IMG/VR virus record: IMGVR_UViG_3300025699_000004
From: a virus
Length of the DNA: 64,000 nt
Reading direction: 5' to 3' (one strand)
The notes under the pieces are model-generated. The model had not been told where the DNA came from. It did not search any database and saw only the letters and a list, made by a program, of their open reading frames with translations. The position numbers and the translations under genes were made by a program. Each line of letters opens with the position of its first letter. The stretch's first letter is position 1. This document shows positions 20,901 through 29,835 of this stretch, in pieces.

Positions 20901-23900
20901 AATTCTTTTTGTCTGTCAATTACAGAAATTATATCTTGTATAACTTTAATAGTTGCATCGTCAGTTTGTTTCTCAAAATCTAAATTAAACTCAGCTCCCT
21001 GGGCGAACTTTCCGCCCACACCTGCTTTTGCTGCGTCCGCCAGTTTGATAGTTAATTTATTTATCTGTTCATCGGAAAGAGCGACTAAGTCCCTAAGCTC
21101 GCTCATGTCATCTCTGTTCTTAAGATTATTCCTTATGCCATTGGGAGTCCCTATAAATGATTTCCGCATCTTATTGATCTGTTCGAGCCTAGCTTCAGGA
21201 GTCTCCGCTCCACCCAGAATATCCATCGTTCCAGTTATTTTTCCAGAATTCAACTGATCTCTTAATACTTGAAACCCTTCAGTTGCTACTTTATTAAGTA
21301 TCGCTGCTTGCTGGGTAATTTGTAAATTAGTTCCTTTTAATTTTTGCTGAAACTTTGTCGCAAAACCTGCTCTAGAATTTAAGTCATTAGCTTCGATTTG
21401 AGATGATCTCAACGCTTCAGTCGAAGATATTGTTCTTCTTGACATTCTTTTTTGAATATCAGAACCTTGGAATCCCGAAAATTGAGACGAAAATCTTATT
21501 GCACTATTTTGTCTTTGTCCAACACCAGCTGATCTTATCGACTTTATTTGAGCTTCTTGTTTTAAATTAGCTATAGTCGTAGCAAAAGCTTTATCTAAAT
21601 TAAATATCCTTCCAGATAACTTTTCACTCTCTTTCCTCATTTTAAGATTAGCTTCTACAGTTTTTTCTGTTGATTTTAACAGAGCATCGAATGATTGATC
21701 TCCTTTGTTGTAGGCCGCTATTAAAGATTGAAACTGCCTATCTGTTAGTGCCGCAGCTTCAGCTAGCTTGCCAAGATGTTGAGCGGCATCAGCTTCCTGG
21801 TCTCTTATTATTTCTAGTTCAGTTTTAGCGATTTCCTGTTCTCCATATTGTCCCACCGCATACCCCGCAGATGCGCCCGCAGCCATCGTTGCTCCTACCG
21901 CAGTGAGACCCAAGGAGGCTCCAAAAGTAGGTATGGCTGCTAGTGCGCCAACTACTGCGAGACCTATGCCCGCACCTATTCCTAGTCCCCATCCGCCCAA
22001 TCCTTCGAAAGTTCCTACATCTCCACTCGCTCTTCTTTTTATACCTTCTAATTCTTCTGGAGTTCTCAACAAACCTTTAGAGCTTAATTCTTTTCTTTGA
22101 TTTCTTATTCCAGCTATAGCGTCCTTAAATTTATCCTCTTTAAGTAAGCCTGAAGAAATTTGTTGGGCGACAATATTACCAAAAGCTAAACCTTGAGACT
22201 TTGAGTCTTTATTTTTTGTTGCAACTGAAAAATTTTGAATTGATGCGTCTATGCTTAATCTATCTTGAAGCCTTTTGTTCAAATTTTTCATTGCGTCAGC
22301 ATTGCCCATAGCATTAGACATTTCGTCAAAAACTTCGACATCAGCAATCTGTCCCAATGTGGCATTTATAGCCGCGTCAATTCTTTTCAACCCTTGTTCA
22401 TCTCCTTGCCCAAACGCTGTAGCTCTTGTGCCCATTAATCCTTCTAATTGAGTTCCAGCCTGAACACTTCTACTTAAAAGTTGCAATTGCTTTTCTTGTT
22501 TTTGAACTATTTCATCTATAGAAAGAGTCATCTTCTTTGATGAAGAGACAAAACCTATTGCTGCTCCAACTAGCATTCCAGGTAAACCGAAAAGAGCTCC
22601 TATACCTGCCCCCATCATTGTTGAGGACATTCTTTCTTTATCTCCACCCTCTGTTATTTCAAAATTACCGCTTTGCTGATTAAAAGTAGCTCTTTCATCC
22701 CTCGCTCTTGTTGGAGAAACCATTCCAGCTAACATAGGTAATGCAAAAGATAGGCCTAGCCCAAGCTGGCCTCCCATACCGCCCATCTTTCCAAAACTAC
22801 CAAGAGCCCCTTTACCTCTTGTAACTAACCCTCCCGCTCTATTAGCTATACCTGACCCCATCCCACCTTGACCAGACATTCCTCCAAAAAAACCAGCTCT
22901 TATATTATTACCTCTAGCTAAGTGTGATTGAGCTTTTGCCGCAAATCCAGAAGGCTGTGCTCTTTGCTGCTGGGCAGCGTTAACGACCTCTTTCCTTACC
23001 GCCTCCAACCTCTTGAAAGCTGCGGGATTCGCCGCTATTCTTGCAGCTTCTTTTTGAAGCCCTTTAGTTAAACTTTTGATTTGTTTTTTATTACCGTCTG
23101 CAACAGCTTTTTCTAAGGATTTTAAATCTCTTGTAAATCCAGTAGAGGTTGTTCTTACGCCTTTTTGGTCTGTAGTTAATTTCCCGAATTCGCCCTTCAT
23201 TAAACCTCCTCTAGCCAGAACACCCGAAGAAGAAGTGACTCCTGCTGAAGCTGCGAATTTAGAAAAATCACTAGCTGCCCCTCTGCCTCCAGCCATCATT
23301 ACTGAATTCATCGCTTTAGTTCCCATGCCTTCGGTATTAACTCCTTTTTGCCCTAAGTAATCCCGAAGAAATACTTTATTTAAATCTGACTTAGAATACC
23401 CTTTTGTTCCAAACACCCTATCGGAAACCTTGTTCATAGCCGCTTGATTAGCTATTCCACTGCCCAATTGCTGGCCCAAGAATTTAGGCGAATTCATAGA
23501 TGCTTTTGCTGATTTGTCTAAAGTTTTATTCAGGTTCTGTAAAGCTCTTAATGTAGTATTATCCCCAGAGGCTTTAGCTGTAACCATTTTTTCCTTCAAC
23601 ATGTCTTCGTTAAGCTTTCCTCCGCTCATAACGCTAGACATTAAAGGGCCAACTCTGCTATCTTTCATCATTGCTTGAGCAGCATCGTTTCTAAATAACT
23701 GCCTAGCAAAACCTTTATTTCTGTCGCTTAAATTTCCCCTGGATGATTGAGTCCTGACTTCAGCCTCTTTAGCTGATTTAGCTGTATTACCAAATGAAAT
23801 AGCTGCTTTTTGCATTTCGGCTTTTAATTTTTTAGAGCTTGCAGTAGCAGCATCTATTGCTTGGCTGGCATTATAAAAAGATTTCTCCATAGATTTCAAA

Positions 23901-26900
23901 CCCATAGATTCATTAGTCTTATAAGCCATTCTTTTGTTCGCCAAAAAATCTTGAGCCGTTAGTGGAGTTGCATAATTTGGAATCACTCCTTTCGATGAAC
24001 CCTGTCTTGGATTTAATCTCCCATGCAATTTTCTAGCATTCGCTAGCTTTCCGCCTTCTTGCTCGTTATTAACCACAGCAAGCCCAGGATTGGTAAGGCT
24101 TTTTAGAGATGGAGCTGTTACAACTTTAGGAGTTACGCCAAAAGATGCTTCTCTCGATACAGCATTAGACACGGCGTTTGTGAATTCAGGTTTTGTAGAT
24201 AATACATCTCTTGCTCCTGGACCAAATAAGCTATAATTAGGTATATGCCCGTCGCCTTTCAATCCAAACTTCCTTCTTGTTCTAGCGCTTAACGGCTGGC
24301 TAAATAAATTTCTATCAAAACCAGAGCCGCGCGGAGCACCTGTTTGTTTTTTCTTCTCGAAAAGGTCTTTATAAATCTTGTTTATTCTATCTGACTCAAC
24401 CCCCGCTAAAGTCGCAGCCCGCCTAGCTGAATAATTTTCTTTCTCCATTAAATCTTGAGCTTTTATAGAAGCGATCCCGCCTTTACCCAATGCTGAGCCC
24501 AATACAGCGTCTCGTGCCGACATCCCAGTTGAGTTGCCAAAAGAAGCTCCTTGATTTATTCCTATTATATCTCGCAATAATCCAGAATCTACAGCTCGAC
24601 GTGTAATAGCCTCATCCCCTCTAAATCTTCCGCTTGTCGCACCAAATTTATTATTTACAGTCTTAAGATTACCATCTTTATCTATATATTGCGACCCAAG
24701 GGCAAGCCCTCCTGATCCCCCTGGAGCTCTTGGATTGCCTGGGTTACCCAGTCTTGATAAAGCAGTTAGGACGTCAGGGTTTGATCTGGAAAGGTTGTGG
24801 AAAAGTCTTTTGCGCTTATCTAAATTGCTTAAATTTCTTTCTGGATCAAAAGGCAATCCAAGTGGGATCTTAGGTGCCATAGCTTCATTTTGACGAATAA
24901 GATGCGCCATTGGTATGTTCATTCTAAAAGAAGGATCAAGAACATGGCCACTTCCCCTCGTTTGTTTAAAAGCTTTTTGTATATACCCTTGAACAGACCC
25001 GCTCTTTGATCCAGGAGACGATGCTCCAGCAGTTAAAAAGTCTTCTCTTATTAAACTTAACCTGTCTTTCTTTTTTTGCCCAGGAATTAGGCCATCATCA
25101 ATACTTTTTACTCTTGGTATCATTCCATGCTTAGACATGAAATGTTTTTTCTCATCTGCTGTTAAGGCGGATTCTATTCCTATGGAAGTAGATTTTCCAG
25201 TGATATATCTAAAAAAAGATTTCATAACATCAGGGTTCTGCAGGATTTCTCCCTGCCTTTTATTGCTTAAATAATCTAATCCTAATGTATTAGAACTTCC
25301 TTTTGGGAAATTTGACTGAAAATCCTTCATTGACATTCCAGGATAAGATCCTTTAAAGTCAAAAATCCCCTCCTTGACATACATTTTCATAGCCTGTTTC
25401 AATTTCTGCTCAGGCATAAACTCTAAAGCTTTCAGAAATGATATTCGATCCCCCGTTCTTGGCATTGACATGGGGAGATTTTTATCATAATGGAAAGCTG
25501 AATAATTTGGAACGAATCCAGAATTTGCCATATTTGGATCAACTTTTAAATGCTTTCCTTGAGATACGACACTTTGAATTCTATTTAACTTTAGTTTTCT
25601 AAATGCATCAGCCCCTTCACCTGTTGATCCGATCCACATAGAGCGGGTGCCTGTAGCTTTATCCATTTCTCCATAAGAAACATAATTGCCAGGAGGAGGT
25701 GCTCCTTTTTTATATTTATTTACTCCCCATCTAGCATTTTTATAAGTTAAATCGTTGCCAGCTTTAGATGTATAGTTTAAAGATTTAAATAAGCCAGTTG
25801 TTAAGATATTATCCAACTCCTTCATTCCTATCGTATCATCAAACTTATTTGAATGTATTTTGCCTTGCCCTATACTTTTAATTTTATTCGCATTTAACCT
25901 CATTCCAAAATTAGGAACGAACCCTTCGCTAGTGCTCATGTCCCATTTTCCTGGTTTGTCTATTCTCAAACTGCCAAACATATTTTTTGGTATTAAAGTA
26001 TGAGGAAAAAGATGAGGAGGTATCGGTCTATCAGGTTTCATATAGCCAGATTTCCAATACATCATGGCCGCTTTCTCCATCATTGAAGGGCTAAGGTCTC
26101 TAAATCTTTTGCCTACAGATCTTCCTGATGAAACTTTTGGAGTAAAATACTTTTTAGGCCCAGGATTTCTCAAACTTGCATTCATCTCATCAAGCCAAGT
26201 ATTCATAGCTTTATCATCCGAATTCATTTGAGAAGGTAAACCTTTCCCCCTTCTTGCGAAATTAGGAATATGCCCGCCCGACATTCCTATTTTTTCTAAC
26301 ATTGCTTTGGGTACATTATTAGCTGATCCAAAATTATTAGGACCTCCTTTTACTCTTAACATTCCTATTGCGACTTTTTGCAAATCATCAGGAAGGTCTC
26401 TTATGCGTAAGTTTCCTCTATGTTTCCCCTTCGCTTTTAAGTCCGAGCCCACCTTGTTGTCTTTCCTCGTCTTATTCATCCTTAAGATATCGTCGGCCAG
26501 TGTAAGGCCCAAGACAGAGGCGGGAAGGGCTCCTCCAAGCACGGCAGATATTAAGTCTATATGGCTTGTTGGGTTTTGAAATACATCTAAAACTCCCTTC
26601 CCTAATTTTCCGCCCATCTCAAGAGCTTTAGGTCCATATTTACCTACAGCCCCCATGATTTGATCTTGAAATTTATACCCTAAACCTCCCCCTCCTCCAT
26701 AAAGAGTTGCTCTAGGAAATTTCTTCATAAGATCAAAACCTTTGCCTAATCCATGTTTTCCAGCTTCAAAAATGTTGGTATATGCATTATACCCCCCCTT
26801 TGCAGTGCCAATAATACCTCTCCTTATAAGGTCGCCGCCTTTATCAGCTATATTATACCCCCCTTTTAACAAAGAGCCTATATCTTTAAAAGGTGTGCTT

Positions 26901-29746
26901 ATTAATTTTCCTGCAGCGCCGAGTCCTTTACCCAAGAAATCTCTATCTGATGTTTTTGGCTTCTGCCTTCTAAAAAGATTTCCTAATCCGTAATTAGGAA
27001 CATGACCTTGATTTGATATCTTATATGTATAATTCTCGCCTCCCCACATTCCATTTTTTTCACCGATATCTTTTCGGAATTGTAGATCTCCAGCCTTTTC
27101 CACTTTAAATTTCTTTCCCTTGGCTATGCTATCAACAACTCTCATTGCAGAAATAGAAGTTCCTATATCTCCATATAATCCAGTGTATCCATTTTTTCTT
27201 GAATATTCAGCCATATGCTCGTACAAATCTTTTCCGTAACCTTTTCCTCTTAAAGATGGGTTGGCTTCTGAAGTCATTATTACCTGTAATGCTCTTTTGT
27301 TTGGATCTTTAAAGTCGGCGATATCTATAACATGAGATGTTGCAAAATTTTTCCCACCCACACTGGACTCAAAATATACTTGCTTAGGAGGTCCGTACTC
27401 ACTTGGCCCATCATCTCTAACCTGGGTTTTATATTTAGCTGGAATTCTTGCGCTTGCATAATTAGGAACATAACCCCCGCTGTAAGGCATTGGCAATTTC
27501 CTCGAAGACCTTCTAGCTCCGTTTAATGACTCCACCATTCCATAAACTAAATCTCCGCTACCTCCCCAAGACTTAGGAACATTTGCTCCGAAATTTCTAA
27601 GGGCAGCGTTAACATCATGCCTCATTTGGTCTCCCTTTCCCACTATAAAATTTTTGTAAATTTTCTCCCTAATGGAATTCATTTCAGTGCCCGTTGCCAT
27701 AGCTGGGCCATACGAGTGCCAAGTGTCCTTTAATTGTTTGTTGGGAGCTACCTGAAGACCCATGGCTGTTTTTCCTCCATAAATCAATCCTCTTGCTATA
27801 TTAGCGGCACTTTCTGGAGAGTACCTCATGGCGGCATAGTTAGGAATGTGTCCCTGATTTGCATACGGATTAAACCCATGAACTTTTTTAAATGCTTTTG
27901 TATAATTTTTTCCAGCATTACTTCTTTTAGGAGGCATTATTGCTGGCTGCTTCATCCCAGGGAAAGCTCTTACCGATTCAGCTGTATTATAAACAACCCT
28001 ACCCTGACCAGGCATGTTCATCGATTTCACAGCTCCAGGATTATAGCCAGCTGATTTAGCTCCTGCTCTTTCTGCGGAAGCCTCTTCTTTAGACGGATAA
28101 CCCTTAACAAGATTAAAGTTAGGAATGTGCCCTTCGCTCCTTGTTCTTTTTAAATTTTGATTAAACCCAGCTCTCATTACCGCTGGCCCTATAGCCGCAG
28201 CTGCAGCTGCAATTTTTTGCTGTTCCATTGATTGAGCTCTCAAAATCCCCAATATAGTTTTTTCTTGCGCGGCTCGATTTCCTTCTTGCGATAATATTTT
28301 TTGTTGAAGAGCTGAATTCTCAGAAAGTACAGCAACAATTGTTTTTTGTATTTCTTTTTGTTTTTGAGCTACCGTTGTGATTCCCAAAAGCTCTTTCATA
28401 CTACCCGCTAAAAATGAAAATGTTTTTCCAAAAAGTTTAACTAACACACCTAAGAAACTAAGCATGACTGGGCCAGCCAACACATTTCCGATACCCTTGA
28501 TTAACCCTCTTCCTATATCAGCCCCGAAACCTTCACCTGCTGATAAAAATTCTGCAGCGTTACCAAAACCATCTTTAATTATATTTAGAAAGAATCTTAT
28601 GGGCTCATCAAAAGCTAGTTTACCCATTACTGCACCCAATTGTTCTATAGAAGTAACTGTTTGAGAAGTTAAAGCCGCTATAGTCTGATTAAGAAGTGCA
28701 TTTTTTCTATAAGCTTCATCTGTAGCTTGACTTGCTATTTTTGTAGCTCTAGCTAAAATACTATTCTCTTCAGATAAATCTTTGATTGCCGCTTTTAAAA
28801 TATTGATTTGAAAAACTCCACCTACTTGCTCGGCAACAGCCGCTTTCGTTGTGTCTGCTAATGTGTCGTATGTTTTTGATAAATTTTCTAAGACTCTTAT
28901 GGCTGGTAGCGTATTTCCAGCTATATCTCTAACTGCTATGCCAAGCTCTTCAAGCCTTTGGATGGTACTCGCTCTTTGCACCCTAGTAAATATAGTCTTA
29001 AAACTATTACCTATAACTTTACCTCCTCTAGCAGTTTGTTGTTGAGCTGCGGTAACGGCGCCTAACAGCTGATCGAAACTAACTCCAGCATCTTGAGCTA
29101 CAGCACCAGCTCTTGCTATACCATCAATTAAATCTTCTGTACTAACTGCAAATTGAACATCAACAGCAGCCATCTTACTTAATATTTTTGTCGAATCTAA
29201 TCCAGCTTTATTAAATGTATTAATTGCCGCAGTTAAACCAGAAACCGCATTTGCTGCATCTAAACCAGTTAGCCTAGTTAAAATCAGGGCATCGTTAGTT
29301 CTTTTTAAGGTTTCTTCCATTGATAAACCCTGCCTTGCCAATTCAGTAGCCGCAGTAGCTACAGTTGAAAAGCTTTGAGCTGTATTTTTAGCCACTTTGA
29401 ACAAACCTCTGCTCATTTCGTCAAGTTCTTTATTGGTTACTCCCATAACCACATTAATTTCAGCTAATTTCCTCTCGACTTCTACTGTAGATTTTATCAA
29501 AGCGGAGAAAGCTCGTTGTACACCCTGTATAATTCCAACAGATGCACCAAACGCTAAAACTCTGGCATTAGATGCATCTAGTGATTTATTAAATTCACTT
29601 ACAGACCCCGTTATTTTACCAAGAGGCCTTGTAAACTGTTTGTCGTTTACAGACAGGTTTAACCCTCCCCTTCTATTTACGCTACTTACAGCTTTTCTAA
29701 TAGAAGCTTCTAGGCCCGTTTGAACTGTTTGAACTTTTAATGGCAT
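17972..29746 (-). CDS. Tape measure protein with an internal module array (3924 aa)
   Basis: N-terminal TP901-type core (ELARQGLS..ETLKRT..AL.L, GNSFKTIF.R), Gly/Ala hydrophobic segments, coiled coils, C-terminal DDVPAML.GGEYV motifs; lies downstream of the tube gene. Confidence 0.93.
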   Translation of the reverse strand: MPLKVQTVQTGLEASIRKAVSSVNRRGGLNLSVNDKQFTRPLGKITGSVSEFNKSLDASNARVLAFGASVGIIQGVQRAFSALIKSTVEVERKLAEINVVMGVTNKELDEMSRGLFKVAKNTAQSFSTVATAATELARQGLSMEETLKRTNDALILTRLTGLDAANAVSGLTAAINTFNKAGLDSTKILSKMAAVDVQFAVSTEDLIDGIARAGAVAQDAGVSFDQLLGAVTAAQQQTARGGKVIGNSFKTIFTRVQRASTIQRLEELGIAVRDIAGNTLPAIRVLENLSKTYDTLADTTKAAVAEQVGGVFQINILKAAIKDLSEENSILARATKIASQATDEAYRKNALLNQTIAALTSQTVTSIEQLGAVMGKLAFDEPIRFFLNIIKDGFGNAAEFLSAGEGFGADIGRGLIKGIGNVLAGPVMLSFLGVLVKLFGKTFSFLAGSMKELLGITTVAQKQKEIQKTIVAVLSENSALQQKILSQEGNRAAQEKTILGILRAQSMEQQKIAAAAAAIGPAVMRAGFNQNLKRTRSEGHIPNFNLVKGYPSKEEASAERAGAKSAGYNPGAVKSMNMPGQGRVVYNTAESVRAFPGMKQPAIMPPKRSNAGKNYTKAFKKVHGFNPYANQGHIPNYAAMRYSPESAANIARGLIYGGKTAMGLQVAPNKQLKDTWHSYGPAMATGTEMNSIREKIYKNFIVGKGDQMRHDVNAALRNFGANVPKSWGGSGDLVYGMVESLNGARRSSRKLPMPYSGGYVPNYASARIPAKYKTQVRDDGPSEYGPPKQVYFESSVGGKNFATSHVIDIADFKDPNKRALQVIMTSEANPSLRGKGYGKDLYEHMAEYSRKNGYTGLYGDIGTSISAMRVVDSIAKGKKFKVEKAGDLQFRKDIGEKNGMWGGENYTYKISNQGHVPNYGLGNLFRRQKPKTSDRDFLGKGLGAAGKLISTPFKDIGSLLKGGYNIADKGGDLIRRGIIGTAKGGYNAYTNIFEAGKHGLGKGFDLMKKFPRATLYGGGGGLGYKFQDQIMGAVGKYGPKALEMGGKLGKGVLDVFQNPTSHIDLISAVLGGALPASVLGLTLADDILRMNKTRKDNKVGSDLKAKGKHRGNLRIRDLPDDLQKVAIGMLRVKGGPNNFGSANNVPKAMLEKIGMSGGHIPNFARRGKGLPSQMNSDDKAMNTWLDEMNASLRNPGPKKYFTPKVSSGRSVGKRFRDLSPSMMEKAAMMYWKSGYMKPDRPIPPHLFPHTLIPKNMFGSLRIDKPGKWDMSTSEGFVPNFGMRLNANKIKSIGQGKIHSNKFDDTIGMKELDNILTTGLFKSLNYTSKAGNDLTYKNARWGVNKYKKGAPPPGNYVSYGEMDKATGTRSMWIGSTGEGADAFRKLKLNRIQSVVSQGKHLKVDPNMANSGFVPNYSAFHYDKNLPMSMPRTGDRISFLKALEFMPEQKLKQAMKMYVKEGIFDFKGSYPGMSMKDFQSNFPKGSSNTLGLDYLSNKRQGEILQNPDVMKSFFRYITGKSTSIGIESALTADEKKHFMSKHGMIPRVKSIDDGLIPGQKKKDRLSLIREDFLTAGASSPGSKSGSVQGYIQKAFKQTRGSGHVLDPSFRMNIPMAHLIRQNEAMAPKIPLGLPFDPERNLSNLDKRKRLFHNLSRSNPDVLTALSRLGNPGNPRAPGGSGGLALGSQYIDKDGNLKTVNNKFGATSGRFRGDEAITRRAVDSGLLRDIIGINQGASFGNSTGMSARDAVLGSALGKGGIASIKAQDLMEKENYSARRAATLAGVESDRINKIYKDLFEKKKQTGAPRGSGFDRNLFSQPLSARTRRKFGLKGDGHIPNYSLFGPGARDVLSTKPEFTNAVSNAVSREASFGVTPKVVTAPSLKSLTNPGLAVVNNEQEGGKLANARKLHGRLNPRQGSSKGVIPNYATPLTAQDFLANKRMAYKTNESMGLKSMEKSFYNASQAIDAATASSKKLKAEMQKAAISFGNTAKSAKEAEVRTQSSRGNLSDRNKGFARQLFRNDAAQAMMKDSRVGPLMSSVMSGGKLNEDMLKEKMVTAKASGDNTTLRALQNLNKTLDKSAKASMNSPKFLGQQLGSGIANQAAMNKVSDRVFGTKGYSKSDLNKVFLRDYLGQKGVNTEGMGTKAMNSVMMAGGRGAASDFSKFAASAGVTSSSGVLARGGLMKGEFGKLTTDQKGVRTTSTGFTRDLKSLEKAVADGNKKQIKSLTKGLQKEAARIAANPAAFKRLEAVRKEVVNAAQQQRAQPSGFAAKAQSHLARGNNIRAGFFGGMSGQGGMGSGIANRAGGLVTRGKGALGSFGKMGGMGGQLGLGLSFALPMLAGMVSPTRARDERATFNQQSGNFEITEGGDKERMSSTMMGAGIGALFGLPGMLVGAAIGFVSSSKKMTLSIDEIVQKQEKQLQLLSRSVQAGTQLEGLMGTRATAFGQGDEQGLKRIDAAINATLGQIADVEVFDEMSNAMGNADAMKNLNKRLQDRLSIDASIQNFSVATKNKDSKSQGLAFGNIVAQQISSGLLKEDKFKDAIAGIRNQRKELSSKGLLRTPEELEGIKRRASGDVGTFEGLGGWGLGIGAGIGLAVVGALAAIPTFGASLGLTAVGATMAAGASAGYAVGQYGEQEIAKTELEIIRDQEADAAQHLGKLAEAAALTDRQFQSLIAAYNKGDQSFDALLKSTEKTVEANLKMRKESEKLSGRIFNLDKAFATTIANLKQEAQIKSIRSAGVGQRQNSAIRFSSQFSGFQGSDIQKRMSRRTISSTEALRSSQIEANDLNSRAGFATKFQQKLKGTNLQITQQAAILNKVATEGFQVLRDQLNSGKITGTMDILGGAETPEARLEQINKMRKSFIGTPNGIRNNLKNRDDMSELRDLVALSDEQINKLTIKLADAAKAGVGGKFAQGAEFNLDFEKQTDDATIKVIQDIISVIDRQKELELEKIKVQQEALILQESQNIISARINELMTTQSMRMSFNASKEDNTIARAQAKSKLTQANLNFEKDGIFRSGSTRQENRRQTDIQEKIFKEQESIQGKELAARAKMEIRRLLSDQKVIFALNNLGSAVKDLLEPLTGKNPPNLDKKINLGLNETGLLKKKEAISKRTNIQKELNSSQKKANDTGSRKQFLGDMLNVDKQAFAKAEERYEAGKGQAIGPRRVTDLKTEMDKAEKDLKNTQAKLNASRVIDTSAREEVLRNKKKLRDAQKQVERVSTDPANQKVITLKDVQAEVDKVTREMMNPNGGINFKSTDAFAGKVEAISLDSMGLENSKNKLKELKTMSAKGGDSGEQLELQIDTAIEGIEALIIAEDAFKKANNLTLKNTNLKNKVADFRVMSGSRGSINRLNDLRDMDNVSAGRISSIDRIAKQAEAEKAFKVLQNDPGASRLEVQNARLAAGRQSIGTVKQRSSLIQMNKDFVSETKNFSDSAIGSEERRKAAEAMVSLEEQIVELTGQMERVTPRDGGFGNEFRTNMNLGLGQGFAALDSQAESIYVKLGQDLPFAFRDGLTSAMTLALNKADDLSGKIKEIGISLLQMVQQAFLQSASSRLVGGMQGLFGLGKAEGGYVSGGSGVRDDVPAMLMGGEYVIKKSAVQRYGSDFLNKLNNGEISGYAKGGPVSLSMSSPRAAVREAVVDESKYGDITTYKTKSADTGMDSRLSGYARANDRTIQEYFDEQENQFRQDLQTVKQRKSRDENYQRARTQKRKAWQGALLGIAGGVALSKGMDWYKNTDFSKSRARKGVTSQMDKKGFVNTKGNSIGKVYQNPDDVYSAKSFINRMAKQNPTQAAIAAQESGIKTSISKSGRVIYNSSGGKVPAMLQGGEYVMNPSAVNKYGSSTMSKINNGTLNTGSSGSSAQGVNNNNEVNINVNVDSSGSAKTSSGGSSPENPKKFAEKVKAAVLQVIQQEKRVGGSLR
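23972..28132 (-). repeat. Nine dispersed G-[HYFV]-[IV]-P-N-[FY] linker motifs in the TMP
   Basis: In-frame copies at 28115-28132, 27836-27853, 27458-27475, 26990-27007, 26258-26275, 25907-25924, 25502-25519, 24233-24250 and 23972-23989. Confidence 0.92.
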
Positions 29747-29768
29747 TATCCTTAATCCTTAAAATGGA

Positions 29769-29774
29769 TTACAC
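29769..29774 (-). promoter_or_regulatory. GTGTA motif
   Basis: GTGTAA just after the terminator, 22 nt before the TMP start. Confidence 0.65.
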
Positions 29775-29783
29775 CAAAAAAAC

Positions 29784-29813
29784 AAAAACCCGACTAATAA
29801 AAGTCGGGTTTTT
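29784..29813 (-). terminator. Intrinsic terminator after the tail tube gene (bidirectional form)
   Basis: AAAAACCCGACT-aataaa-AGTCGGGTTTTT perfect stem with A and T tracts. Confidence 0.85.
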
Positions 29814-29835
29814 GAAGTAATGTGGCGGGAAAAAA

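Noticed and set aside
23972-28132. TMP linkers as DNA recombination sites (shufflon/integron-like)
   Set aside because: Synonymous positions vary (GGG/GGA/GGT, CCT/CCA, AAT/AAC) and there is no palindrome or recombinase nearby, so conservation looks protein-level. Microhomology use cannot be fully excluded.
18611-29723. Many + strand ORFs of 60-180 aa opposite the TMP (likewise opposite J, capsid, portal and terL)
   Set aside because: Fully nested antisense to well-supported genes, with typical shadow composition and no motifs.
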